Shown: positions 28,896 through 42,500, numbered from the stretch's first letter. The stretch: 64,000 bases of DNA from Eledone cirrhosa (GCA_964016885.1 OZ024742.1:39184001-39248000), one strand, 5' to 3'. A program made the numbers and translations. Notes: generated by a model from the letters alone, not told the origin.

Positions 28896-28934
28896 CAGAT
28901 ACATACATAAAAATAGATATACATATATATATAT

Positions 28935-29033
<99 letters not shown>

Positions 29034-29076
29034 CAGATACATACATAAAAATAGATATACATATATATATATACAT

Positions 29077-29176
<100 letters not shown>

Positions 29177-29374
29177 CATTCATTCAAGACAAAAGACTAG
29201 CTGTGAGAAGAGGCAGATACAAATGATGATAATGGAAATTACACACCTTTAACAATATCTATGAAACTCGTAGGTTATTGAATATGCAGCTAATATCATG
29301 TATTACATTATATAAATCACCTGTATGTTCAAATATTGAAGCCAGATTCGTTTGAATACAAAATTACACTCAAG

Positions 29375-29408
<34 letters not shown>

Positions 29409-29443
29409 TGTACATATATATGTATTTATGTGCGTGTGCGTGT

Positions 29444-29548
<105 letters not shown>

Positions 29549-29789
29549 TATAAATACATATTATATACAGATACATACAGATATATACGTATACATATAT
29601 ATACACACGTTCACAAACGCAGACACATACCACACATACACGCAGACAGACAGACACACACACACACACATATATATAAATATATACACACACATAGACC
29701 ATAAAACTCGATTCATCAGCTTAAATCTACGGCTGGATAATTCAGTCTACCTTGAATATGCGTTTTTTTATTATTATCTTATTCCATTC

Positions 29790-29882
29790 ATTTTTATTTT
29801 CTTTCTTTCCTTCTTCCTTTGTTTCTTTCTTTCATTCTTTTTTCTTTCTTTCTTTCTTTCCTTCTTTCTTTCTTTCTTTCTT

Positions 29883-29954
<72 letters not shown>

Positions 29955-30001
29955 TCCTTCCTTCTTACCTTCTTTCTTTCTTTCTCTCTTTCTTTTTTCC
30001 T

Positions 30002-30032
<31 letters not shown>

Positions 30033-30080
30033 CTCTTTCTTTCTTTCTTTCTTTCTCTCTTTCTCTATTTTTTCTTTCCT

Positions 30081-30131
<51 letters not shown>

Positions 30132-30144
30132 CTCTCTCTCTATT

Positions 30145-30207
<63 letters not shown>

Positions 30208-30210
30208 ATT

Positions 30211-30266
<56 letters not shown>

Positions 30267-30310
30267 TTTTCTTTCTCTATTTCTTTCTTTCTCTATTTCT
30301 TTCTTTCTGT
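29790..30310. repeat. (TTTC)n microsatellite
   Basis: Directly visible. Confidence 0.97.
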
Positions 30311-30785
30311 TTGTAAGGGTGCTATGATGGTGGTGGGGATGGTGTTGGTTTGTAAGTCTTTTATTTTAAGTACACTTCTGCATAATGAATTAGTTGTTAG
30401 GTTGAGAGACGAAGTCAGATTACAGTGTTATCTGAGTACTGTTGAGATAGATTTGTAGTAGAAACAGTCGTTTCATTGGTAAGCAAAACAAGTGTACCTG
30501 TGTAAAACAGAATCTCTGATTTCAATTGACAATGCAACAAAACAGGATTAAAAAAATATATATTTTACTACTACGTATATTTATGACTTTATACATACAT
30601 ATATAAATACGTACATACATACATACATACATACATATATCAATACATACGTACATACATACGTATATATATATATATATATACATACATATTTATATAT
30701 AGATACATACACATATATATATACATAAATCAAACGTACATACTTGCATACATACATTACATACACACATTCATGCATACATACA

Positions 30786-30818
<33 letters not shown>

Positions 30819-31025
30819 GTATATATAGATACAATTATATATACATACATAAATCAAACGTACATACTTGCACACATACATATATACATACATACATATA
30901 TACATACATACATACTTGCATACATACATATATGTATGGGGCGTGTATATATATACATAGATATAGTTATTTATGTGTATATGTATGTATTTATATAAAT
31001 ATTTATCTATATATATATATATATA

Positions 31026-31059
<34 letters not shown>

Positions 31060-31294
31060 TGTGTGTGTGAGTATGTGTGTGTGTGTGTGTGGGGGGGGGG
31101 GGGTTGCCTGTGTCAGCGTTTGTGTAGCGGTTCGATAAAAAAGAAATCGATAAAAGAAACATAAGGCTTGAAAAAACAATATACTGCAGTCTTTATGATC
31201 AAGGCGTGGCCCCAGCATGGCCACAGACTATTGACTGAAACCGGTGAAATAATAAACAAATATACATACATATATACATACATACATGCATGTA

Positions 31295-31422
<128 letters not shown>

Positions 31423-31578
31423 CATATATATATATGTATATGTATGTATATATATATATATACATATATATGTGTATATGTATATATATATGTATATATA
31501 TATATATATATACATACACATATATGTATATGTATATGTATGTATATATGAATGTGTTTATGGGTGTACGTATGTACT

Positions 31579-31612
<34 letters not shown>

Positions 31613-33400
31613 TGTATGTATGTATGTATGTATGTATGTATGTATGTATGTATGTATGTATGTATGTATGTATGTAGGTTTCTTGGTGAGGAGGGTGACT
31701 TTGGACATCCTGCAGGACTAAAAACAAAACCTGTCAAAGGGCAAAGGAGCTCTTAAGAGTCAATGGCCATCCAAAATCACCGGGAGGGATGACCCCTTAG
31801 CCTTTGTCAAGGCAGAATTCTAGGAGAAGGAAAACTCTGATATAACACCTGCAACCCTGATGGTATCCAATGATGTTGACTTGTTCTTCTTTTTGGTAAA
31901 TATCATCTTGGTTAAGAGAGTGGGACTGGCTTTGTGCAGTGCCTTTGCTCACTATAAAAGCTTCACGGCACAGGCATTGCTTTATATCTGGAGATCTCTC
32001 TGCACTTGTCGTCACATGGTACCATGGGCCCAGCACTATGTGTCAGTAATTGTCACAAGTGTAGTGTTTGTACCAGAGTTTTCAAGTCGCTGGCTGGACT
32101 AAAAAGTCACACTCGTTCAGCGCATCGGTAGGGGTTCTCCTACATGGATATAAAGTAGTGGCCGTACTCGAAAACGAGTTGGCAGCCACCATGTATGTAT
32201 GTATGTATGTATGTATGTATGTATGTATGCATGTATGTGAGTATGTATGTGTTACGTACGTACGTATGTATGTATTTATGTATGTATGTATTTATGTATG
32301 TATGTATGTATGTATGTATGTATGTATGTATGTGTGTATGGGTGGATGGATGTATGTGTATGTGTACGTATAGTATTTTTGTCCACGAACTTCCAGCAAC
32401 TTTATGCTACTCTTATTTCCGTCTGTTTCAGATATTTTGGTTTCACGACAATGGCTTCTATTGTATGTTTTTCAATTGAAATATTTGTAGCTCTTCTTGT
32501 CCTACAGTTTCTTGGTTACTCCGTTGTTCTCTCTCACTGTAATTCATCTCTCTCCTTATCTTTCTCTTCATCTCTATATCTCTATCTCTCCACCCCTCTC
32601 TCTCTATCTACCTATCTATCTACCTATATATCTATCGCTACCGCCATTTTTCTGTTTAGTATTTTAGGGCGTATTCCTTGTTCAACAATTTCATTAGTTA
32701 GCATATTGAGTTGAAGACAAATCCCAAACAGACCTGAATAGAATATGAAAAGGAAATAATGTAAAAGGAGGAAAGAAAGGAAAAATTAGAGAGTGAATGA
32801 AATAAAGACGGAAATAAATAAATAAACACTTTAAGAGATAAACAATATAAAAAGGAAAGAATAAGAAAATAAAATCCGAGCAACTTTTCAATATTTTCAG
32901 CTATTTCGTTTTGTCACGATTGAAGTTCAAAATAAATGCTACTAGTTCCTTGAGAAGATCAGTACACGCGCACACACACATATGCATACACACATACACA
33001 CATACACACGCATAAACGCACACACACATGCTTACTCACAGACGTACACACATGCTTACTCTCACACACAAACATACACACACACACGCACTCACACCCA
33101 CTCACATACACACACGCGCACTCACACCCCCACACACACACACACACACACATGCTTACACCCCCCCCCACACCTGCTTACTCACGACCATGCAGACTCA
33201 GAGGAACGTTGTAGAACTGCAGACAGCTGTGTTATGACGTTCGTTACCTCGAAACTGCTTTCGACTTCATTTCAGGGCATTTTTTGACATGTAACTTGAA
33301 CTAATGGTTCAGTTTAACCAATTGTAATCGAAAGTTTGTAGATGGAAACTGTACGGAAGCCCGTAGTGCAGACACACACACATACACATATATATTTATA

Positions 33401-33473
<73 letters not shown>

Positions 33474-33795
33474 TATATTTGGCAATATACCGTATGTTTA
33501 ATTAATAACATTTAGAAGGAAGACCATACGCTATCAGTTGTAAAGTAGTGACTATGTCACTTACTTCTTTTCGGCGAAAGAAGGGAGAGAAGCTGACAGT
33601 CTGTTTCACGCTGGTTGGCGTTCATCAGAACCACGCCGAAAATTATAGAAGCTGGATTATAGAATTCCAGTAATAATCAGGAACTGATTATACAGAGCGA
33701 TCGCCGGTCCAGCAAAATTAGGTATGAGGATCGGTGCTCTGAAATAGCGATGTATACATTAAAACTAATACCTATATATATATATATATATATAT

Positions 33796-34300
33796 AACAA
33801 AGAGGGTGTGGTAGGATACCAGGTGGACCATTATGCCCCAGAGTACTCAATACTTAGGGTAGTAGAGTGGGTAATAGGAAAAGAGTCAGGACCCTGACGT
33901 CTGAACTCCAGCCGTTTCGACAGCTAGATCCGAACTAAGCCACCAGTATTAGAATGGCGGGAATCTAGCTGAACCTATCAAGGGGTACAGTCCATATACG
34001 GGCATGCAGTCAAAACAAAACAACAACAAAAAATCCCTAAACATTTGTTGTTTTTCTTGTCTGTCCCGGGGAGTGGTCAATGATCTGGGACGTTGTGTAC
34101 ATACTTCCTCCATAGCACTAGTAAGGAAATAACTTAAATATTTCTGCTTTTTTTGTTTTGACTGCATGTCCATATATGGACTGTACCCCTTGATAAGTTC
34201 AGCTAGATTCCCGCCATTCTAATACTGGTGGCTTAGTTCGGATCTAGCTGTCGAAACGGCCGGAGCTCAGGCGTCGGGGTACTAACGCTTCTCCTATATA
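33796..34300. mobile_element. Inverted pseudo-LTR pair with hammerheads, between (TA)n tracts
   Basis: ~33875-34020 is the reverse complement of ~34152-34297. Both outer ends abut TA repeats. Same family as 35122-35320. Confidence 0.8.
34183..34282 (+). ncRNA. Type I hammerhead ribozyme, U3-A8 core variant
   Basis: GTACCCC-TTGATAA-GTTCAGCTAGATTC...GGATCTAGCTGTC-GAAA-CGGCCGGAGCTCAGGCG-TC-GGGGTAC. 7-bp stem I, ~11-bp stem II, GUC site. Confidence 0.78.
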
Positions 34301-34428
34301 TATAGATCCTGGTGATTTCCTTCGAATGAAACAGTTCTAGTCCTGTAGAAGCCATTTCTATATCAAAAAATTATACTCTGCTTTGTATTGAGTACTCTAC
34401 TTACTGTGGTTACCCACAATTTAAACCC

Positions 34429-34491
<63 letters not shown>

Positions 34492-34758
34492 TTAGATATA
34501 GATATAGATATAGATATAGATATAGATATATATGCATATATATATATAATACAGAATGATTTTCTCTGGGGGAACAGAAGGGAACTATAGTTAAATAAAG
34601 TACTCAATGCAACAGTAGAGAAGGTACATCAGTGACGTCTACAGGACGAGAACTGTTTCACTCCTCTGAAATCATCAGGACATTCCTGCAGCCCTTATGA
34701 TTTTAACCGAATGAAACTGTTCTAGTCCTGTGGAAGTCTCTACTACTACTACTACTAG

Positions 34759-34815
<57 letters not shown>

Positions 34816-34863
34816 ACACACACATATATATGTATATATACATATATAATATATATATAAATA

Positions 34864-34915
<52 letters not shown>

Positions 34916-35057
34916 AGTGTGAGTACAAACGAAGGAAAAGATAGCAGCCATCGCATCATGTTGAAGTTAAGTATTATTTTCCGTGCCTTACCAGTCGTTT
35001 CATAAGACATAAACAACTATGTACGAAGATAAATAAATAACATTTTGTATATATATA

Positions 35058-35121
<64 letters not shown>

Positions 35122-35127
<6 letters not shown>

Positions 35128-35315
35128 AACGTGTAGGACCCCGACGGCTGAGCTCAAGCCGTTTCGACGGCTAATTCTGGACCAGAATTGGCCGTCGAAA
35201 CGGCTTGAGCTCAGCCGTCAGGGTCCTACTCGTTCCTATTATCCACTCTACTACCCTAAATATTGAGTACTTTGGTGCGTTATGGTCCATCTGGTTCCTT
35301 ACCACATTTCCTTCG

Positions 35316-35320
<5 letters not shown>
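35122..35320. mobile_element. Foldback of the 3' half of the same hammerhead pseudo-LTR family, between (TA)n tracts
   Basis: Near-perfect palindrome centred at 35181. Contains GAAA-CGGCTTGAGCTCAGCCG-TC-AGGGTCC. The tail matches the reverse complement of 33796-33890. Confidence 0.8.
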
Positions 35321-35371
<51 letters not shown>

Positions 35372-35556
35372 GCCGACATCACTACACCAGTTTTAATGCC
35401 CATCAGCATATCCCAATGATTGCATAACTGCGCCTATGATTGCGTAAATATCTGATGAAATGACATGAATAATCATATAACAGAAATGTATATCATGCAA
35501 AAATAATTATGGTTAATTAATCCCGTCTTAACTACTATTATTTGATATATATATGT

Positions 35557-35750
35557 GGCGGTGGATTGGCAGTATCAGTAGAGGGTCGGACGCGATGCTT
35601 TCCAGCATAGTTACGTCACTTTACGGTCTGAGTTCAAATCCCTCCGAGGTTAACTTTGCCTTTTATCCTTACGGGGTCAATAAAATAAAGTACCAGTAAT
35701 GAACTGGGTAATTGCTGGCCTTGTGCCTAAAGTAGAAACAATTATTATTA
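35557..35750 (+). mobile_element. SINE family A copy
   Basis: Full head, core and (TTA)n tail. Confidence 0.85.
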
Positions 35751-35820
35751 TTACTATATATATATATGACAAGTAAGTATGTTTTGAAACAGTGAGCAGG
35801 TTTGAAATTAGAAAATAGAA

Positions 35821-36140
35821 TAGATTTCACCGTATATTTTGACTAAAGAAATTTTAGTCTGATAATGGGGTTTAGAACTCTCAGATAAATGGAAAAAGAT
35901 GAGTATTGATGTACATGGGAGACGAACCCACATCTTTGGTTATCTAGACCACTGTGCTACCATTACACCAACACATCACCCGTAATATGTGTTGGTGTAA
36001 TGGTAGCACAGTGGTCTGGATAACCAAAGATGTGGGTTCGACTCCCATGTACATCAAAACTCATCTTTTTCCATTTATCTGAGGGTTCTAAACTCCATTA
36101 TCAGACTAAAATTTCTTTAGTAAAAAAAATACGGTGAAAG

Positions 36141-36143
<3 letters not shown>
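35821..36143. repeat. Inverted repeat (35821-35976 vs 35988-36143) with a tRNA-like head at the centre
   Basis: Arms are reverse complements. The right arm has TGGTGTAATGGTAGCAC (A box) and GGGTTCGACTCCC (B box), and ends at (TA)n. Confidence 0.8.
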
Positions 36144-36215
<72 letters not shown>

Positions 36216-36222
36216 AAGTAAG

Positions 36223-36254
<32 letters not shown>

Positions 36255-36259
<5 letters not shown>

Positions 36260-36842
36260 AAGTAAGAATTTTAGTAAGTAAGTTAATTTTTATAATTTTC
36301 TTATTTTACGTCTTTCATATTATTGTTCTGCATCCCCATGCATTGAACCACAAAGTTACTAAGACAAAACCTATATATTTGCTGGCATAAGTATGCATCT
36401 GTATATATATGTTAGTAGATATACTAATTCTTTATAATTAACTCCAAATTATTTTGTTGAGCCAAAATTGGCCAAAACTGCTACTATAGTTCATAGCAAT
36501 GGTTCGGCTGCTGTCTTCTTAACAAACCACTCCTCACTGATTAACCTCGATGTCACGTGATTGATTCTTTTGAATTTGCCACCGACGCAGTAGGCAGTGA
36601 TTTTTTCAATGTCTTGGAACTTAGTCCACGCTTTGCTTTTTTCCAGCCACTGAATTATTTTTGTATAAGTTCCCTGTGTCCACGCATCGCCTGGAAACTT
36701 AGCTGAGAATAGACTTCCCTGATGACGAAAGGCTTCTCCGTACGTTTCTTCGGAAACTATGTTTATTCCCTTTCAGAAACTAATTAGTTGGAGTGAAATT
36801 TTAGTAAGTAAGTTAATTTTTATAATTTTCTTATTTTACGTC

Positions 36843-36850
<8 letters not shown>
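36255..36850 (+). mobile_element. Non-coding hammerhead-containing element with a ~54-bp direct terminal repeat (period 530 bp), between (TA)n tracts
   Basis: aattttagtaagtaagttaatttttataattttcttattttacgtctttcatat at 36267 and 36797. The hammerhead lies immediately before the second copy. Confidence 0.72.
36713..36794 (+). ncRNA. Type I hammerhead ribozyme
   Basis: ACTTCC-CTGATGA-CGAAAGG...CCTTTCA-GAAA-CTAATTAG-TT-GGAGT. Palindromic stem III, GUU site. Confidence 0.72.
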
Positions 36851-36879
<29 letters not shown>

Positions 36880-37229
36880 GTATATATATATATATATATA
36901 CATATATACATATATATATATATGTATGTATATATACATACATACTCACTAATAATATCTGAATTAATTTGATTATCTTACTTATCGAGACTGGCCTTGT
37001 TCTCGGCAAAAACAGTTGTAACCTCCATTGGGATTTTACGAATTGTTATACCAACTCTGTACCTAAATATTTATTGAGTACTGTCCCGAGCGTATCTTTC
37101 TCTCTATCTATCTCTCTATTTATATATATGTGTATGTGTGTGTGTGTGAGCGCACGTGTGTGTGTATGCACGTGTGTGTCAGTATATGTGTGCGTGCGCG
37201 TGTGTCTAATGTGTATGTGTGCGTGTGTG

Positions 37230-38372
37230 ATTATAACTGTTTCTACTTTTGGCACAAGGCCAGCAATTATCCCAGTACATTGCTGGTACTTTATTTTATC
37301 GACCCCGTAAGGATGAAAGGCAAAGTTAACCTCGGCAGGATTTGAACTCAGACCATAAAGGGGCATAACTCTATGCTGCACAGCATGGCGTCCGACCCTC
37401 TACTGATACTGCCAATCCACCGCCATGTGTGTGTGATTATAACTAAGTTAGAGCTGATATATTTAAACAGAAATACCGAGAGGTTTCTCTTCCCATAATT
37501 CAATGTCTGATTTACAAATCCTTTTTTTTTTTAGGAAACCGGTGAAATTATCACCTAAAAGGCATGGTTGCCGTGCAATGATTGAAACTAGTGAAAGAAA
37601 AAAGGCGATAGACTTTGGGCTTTGTGAGTGAGTGGCTCGGGTTCGATTCCTGTTTCCGTCTATATCGATTTATCCGCAACACCTTTGGTAACAAAACACC
37701 AGAAGCCGCCTCTAATGTTTTTATTTATTTAAAAGACTTTCATGATAATTTACTGTAACAACAATTGTTAAATTAAGTTTCCAACACAAACTTAATAATT
37801 GTTTCTACTTCAGGCACAAGGCCAGAAATTTGAAGGTGAGAGGGAAGTCGATTAAATCGACCCCAGTGCATTACTGATGCTTTATTTATCGACCCCGTAA
37901 GGATGAAAGGCAAAGTTAACCTATTTGAATTCATAACGCAAAGGGCCGTAACTCTATGCCGCGAAGCATGGTGTCCGACGCTCTACCGATACTGCTAATC
38001 CACCGCCCTATTTTTTTTTTTTTTATAAAATAACAATCTGACATACGTTGCGGTAATGTCAACACATTGAAAGATTGTTTCAAACACGAACACAACCATA
38101 CAAAAATGTCTTGGTGTCCAACACTCTACCGATACTCTACACAAACTTAATAATGGTTTCTTATATAGGCACAAGGCCAGCAATTTTGGGGGAGGGGAGG
38201 AAAGTCGATTAAATCGACCCCAGTGCGTAACTGGTACTTTATTTTATCGACCCCGTAAGGATGAAAGGCAAAATTAATCTCGGCGGGATTTGAACTCGGA
38301 TCATAAAGGGACGTAACTCTATGCTGCAAAACATGGCGTCCGACCCTTACCGATACTGCTAATCCACTGCCC
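37230..38372 (-). mobile_element. Three SINE family A copies (~37230-37425, 37795-38008, 38148-38372)
   Basis: Each carries the reverse-complemented core and tRNA-like head. Confidence 0.82.
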
Positions 38373-38799
38373 TACACAAACTTAATAATGAAAAACTTAG
38401 TTACTTTACTAAATGTCTCCAAATTCTTAAATATTTTCAAAACTATTTGAAAATGAATGTATATATATATATATATAGAATCGTTAGAACATCTGACTGA
38501 TAAAATGACAAGTCAGTCAATCATATTGGTGGCCTCCCCACAGCCCCGGCGGACAGAATGGAGAAGGCATTTCCTAAATTATAGCCTGTGTTATTCATTA
38601 GAAACATGACAATGAAAAGGTTAAACAGGATAATACATTACTTCTCTCATCCAAGTATTTATGGTGAGTCTAACAGGGTTCCATACTGACGCGGATCAAC
38701 TGTACAACATTGTGGAAGTGTCTTTCATCAGAAATGTGGTCAAAGGCATTTTGTTGCCGTAGTGCGTGGGGTAAACAAACAAACAAACAAACTAACAAA

Positions 38800-38842
<43 letters not shown>

Positions 38843-39276
38843 ATAGATAAATATTTCTATTTTAAGAGAAGACAGTCAAAGCACACGAACATACTCGCAC
38901 CTAACAATGAATACATATACACAGCTACAGACATGTGTGGTTTGGAGCACTAACAAAATATAAACACACATGTGGTTTCAGTTAATCACTGAAGGGTTTC
39001 ATTGTTTTCCCCAAGGTACTGATTTAATTTCAGAAATATATGTATTGTAAAGTTTCTATGAGGAGGGAAACAAAAAAGAAGAGAAATAATTCTTCCTTGA
39101 AATTCTAAACTGTATCTCGACAATTACATTTCAAATTCGTAGCAAGAATAATGACAGATGCTTTGCAACCATAAGTACTGTGTAGTCGTAATAATGTATT
39201 AAAAGCAGATAAATACCATCGCTTCAAATACAGTCTACCACACATTCGTATCGTACCTATTAAATATTTTATATAC

Positions 39277-39307
<31 letters not shown>

Positions 39308-39486
39308 GACCGAGAAACAAGAATGTCCTTCATCAGTAGCCTGCTGATTATCATTGGTATTTCTTCGCATTAAAGACTAGATACCTAAAATCAGTGCGAG
39401 CGATAACTAAATTAAGTTATCGGGACAGAGGAAAACAGTGGAAAGGAAACAAACAACATGTACATATATGCATATATATATATCTG

Positions 39487-39550
<64 letters not shown>

Positions 39551-39666
39551 TATATACTTGAGGGCGGCCGTCCAGGGTAGAAGATGCTGAAGGTTAGGTC
39601 ACCCTCATGTCTTTAACTTTTCAGCCCCATGGATTTTGTCTATTATATTCCTTTGTTATATTTCAA

Positions 39667-39730
39667 ATACCTGATGATGTCACCGGATTCATACTGAACC
39701 CGGTCACTGAAATGATCATAGTATAATAAA
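39667..39730 (+). ncRNA. Type I minimal hammerhead followed by AATAAA (solo pseudo-LTR in a TA-flanked insert, ~39555-39915)
   Basis: ATAC-CTGATGA-TGTCACCGGATTCATACTGAACCCGGTCACT-GAAA-TGATCA-TA-GTAT-AATAAA. Confidence 0.8.
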
Positions 39731-39915
39731 CCTTTCAAGGAATTACACCAGTCCCGCCTCCTGTTATTTTATAATAATTAACTCTGTACTCGCACCACCA
39801 ACTACACAAACGAAGACGGGTGAGTTGCATTACGTTGAGTGCTCTCCATAATATTACATCGAGGTTGACCATACGGAATGACCAGTTCTGCCCAGTGGTA
39901 TAACAACAAACCTAA

Positions 39916-39967
<52 letters not shown>

Positions 39968-40201
39968 TTAGAAACACACAGATACATGCGGACACACACA
40001 TATATACATGAATGCATCCGCACCCAACTGTGAGTTAAGGGTGCCAACTTCACCGATGTTGCTCAATGAATGACTGGGACAGACCAATTCAGTTTGAACC
40101 AGACTGAACCAGTATCAGAGTTAAAAATACATTATGAAGAGAGAAGAAACATTTAGATATAATTAGTAATAAAATGTATCATACCTAAACTGTTCCTAAA
40201 T

Positions 40202-40289
40202 TCCTCGACTACGTAGTTTCGTGGCATAAACAAAAACAATATATCAAAGATATAGAGTCCTTGCGAGGTCTGCCGACTTATCAAGAGGA
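40202..40289 (-). ncRNA. Hammerhead ribozyme (U3-A8 core), unit 1
   Basis: Minus strand: TCCTC-TTGATAA-GTCGGCA...TGCCAC-GAAA-CTACGTAG-TC-GAGGA. Confidence 0.8.
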
Positions 40290-40789
40290 TACCTCATTTT
40301 ACTAGTCTCAAGAACGCGTCTACACGACGTGAGAAAGAATCCCAAAAGGCGGAGGGGGAGATAGTCACGCGATATAACGGTCGAGAAACAGAGCTAAGCC
40401 TCTTATAACCACGAAAAAAATACCACGGAGGCGGAGGGGGTATTCATATCGAGGCCGTAGAAGAGGTAGTGAAGAAGGCGAGAAGTATGAGTAATGGAAG
40501 CTTTCCAGTTGTCCCCACACTTCAAAGATTGCTCGACCAGAGGGAGTTAATACATTTAGAAACACACAGATACATGCGGACACACACATATATACATGAA
40601 TGCATCCGCACCCAACTGTGAGTTAAGGGTGCCAACTTCACCGATGTTGCTCAATGAATGACTGGGACAGACCAATTCAGTTTGAACCAGACTGAACCAG
40701 TATCAGAGTTAAAAATACATTATGAAGAGAGAAGAAACATTTAGATATAATTAGTAATAAAATGTATCATACCTAAACTGTTCCTAAAT

Positions 40790-40877
40790 TCCTCGACTAC
40801 GTAGTTTCGTGGCATAAACAAAAACAATATATCAAAGATATAGAGTCCTTGCGAGGTCTGCCGACTTATCAAGAGGA
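40790..40877 (-). ncRNA. Hammerhead ribozyme (U3-A8 core), unit 2
   Basis: Identical to unit 1. Confidence 0.8.
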
Positions 40878-41377
40878 TACCTCATTTTACTAGTCTCAAG
40901 AACGCGTCTACACGACGTGAGAAAGAATCCCAAAAGGCGGAGGGGGAGATAGTCACGCGATATAACGGTCGAGAAACAGAGCTAAGCCTCTTATAACCAC
41001 GAAAAAAATACCACGGAGGCGGAGGGGGTATTCATATCGAGGCCGTAGAAGAGGTAGTGAAGAAGGCGAGAAGTATGAGTAATGGAAGCTTTCCAGTTGT
41101 CCCCACACTTCAAAGATTGCTCGACCAGAGGGAGTTAATACATTTAGAAACACACAGATACATGCGGACACACACATATATACATGAATGCATCCGCACC
41201 CAACTGTGAGTTAAGGGTGCCAACTTCACCGATGTTGCTCAATGAATGACTGGGACAGACCAAATCAGTTTGAACCAGACTGAACCAGTATCAGAGTTAA
41301 AAATACATTATGAAGAGAGAAGAAACATTTAGATATAATTAGTAATAAAATGTATCATACCTAAACTGTTCCTAAAT

Positions 41378-41465
41378 TCCTCGACTACGTAGTTTCGTGG
41401 CATAAACAAAAACAATATATCAAAGATATAGAGTCCTTGCGAGGTCTGCCGACTTATCAAGAGGA
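41378..41465 (-). ncRNA. Hammerhead ribozyme (U3-A8 core), unit 3
   Basis: Identical to unit 1. Confidence 0.8.
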
Positions 41466-41965
41466 TACCTCATTTTACTAGTCTCAAGAACGCGTCTACA
41501 CGACGTGAGAAAGAATCCCAAAAGGCGGAGGGGGAGATAGTCACGCGATATAACGGTCGAGAAACAGAGCTAAGCCTCTTATAACCACGAAAAAAATACC
41601 ACGGAGGCGGAGGGGGTATTCATATCGAGGCCGTAGAAGAGGTAGTGAAGAAGGCGAGAAGTATGAGTAATGGAAGCTTTCCAGTTGTCCCCACACTTCA
41701 AAGATTGCTCGACCAGAGGGAGTTAATACATTTAGAAACACACAGATACATGCGGACACACACATATATACATGAATGCATCCGCACCCAACTGTGAGTT
41801 AAGGGTGCCAACTTCACCGATGTTGCTCAATGAATGACTGGGACAGACCAATTCAGTTTGAACCAGACTGAACCAGTATCAGAGTTAAAAATACATTATG
41901 AAGAGAGAAGAAACATTTAGATATAATTAGTAATAAAATGTATCATACCTAAACTGTTCCTAAAT

Positions 41966-42053
41966 TCCTCGACTACGTAGTTTCGTGGCATAAACAAAAA
42001 CAATATATCAAAGATATAGAGTCCTTGCGAGGTCTGCCGACTTATCAAGAGGA
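41966..42053 (-). ncRNA. Hammerhead ribozyme (U3-A8 core), unit 4
   Basis: Identical to unit 1. Confidence 0.8.
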
Positions 42054-42226
42054 TACCTCATTTTACTAGTCTCAAGAACGCGTCTACACGACGTGAGAAA
42101 GAATCCCAAAAGGCGGAGGGGGAGATAGTCACGCGATATAACGGTCGAGAAACAGAGCTAAGCCTCTTATAACCACGAAAAAAATACCACGGAGGCGGAG
42201 GGGGTATTCATATCGAGGCCGTATTC

Positions 42227-42500
42227 ATAAGAGGCTTAGCTCTGTTTCTCGACCGTTATATCGCGTGACTATCTCCCCCTCCGCCTTTTGGGATTCTTTC
42301 TCACGTCGTGTAGACGCGTTCTTGAGACTAGTAAAATGAGGTATCCTCTTGATAAGTCGGCAGACCTCGCAAGGACTCTATATCTTTGATATATTGTTTT
42401 TGTTTATGCCACGAAACTACGTAGTCGAGGAATTTAGGAACAGTTTAGGTATGATACATTTTATTACTAATTATATCTAAATGTTTCTTCTCTCTTCATA

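Larger units (their letters stand above)
39962..42223 (-). mobile_element. 588-bp tandem array (~3.85 near-identical units), one hammerhead per unit; retrozyme or Penelope pseudo-LTR array
   Basis: Units start at 39962, 40550, 41138 and 41726. The identical ORF-track peptide recurs at 588-bp spacing. The left end abuts (TA)n. Confidence 0.9.

Noticed and set aside
35987-36057. Functional tRNA gene
   Set aside because: A/B boxes are present but the acceptor and anticodon arms are imperfect, and it sits within a foldback repeat. Treated as tRNA-derived.
40365-41765. Repeated 74-aa ORFs in the 588-bp array
   Set aside because: No recognisable domain; they recur only because the DNA is repeated.
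39962-42223. CRISPR array or rRNA/snRNA gene cluster
   Set aside because: Units are identical with no unique spacers, and I recognise no 5S, snRNA or tRNA sequence in them.
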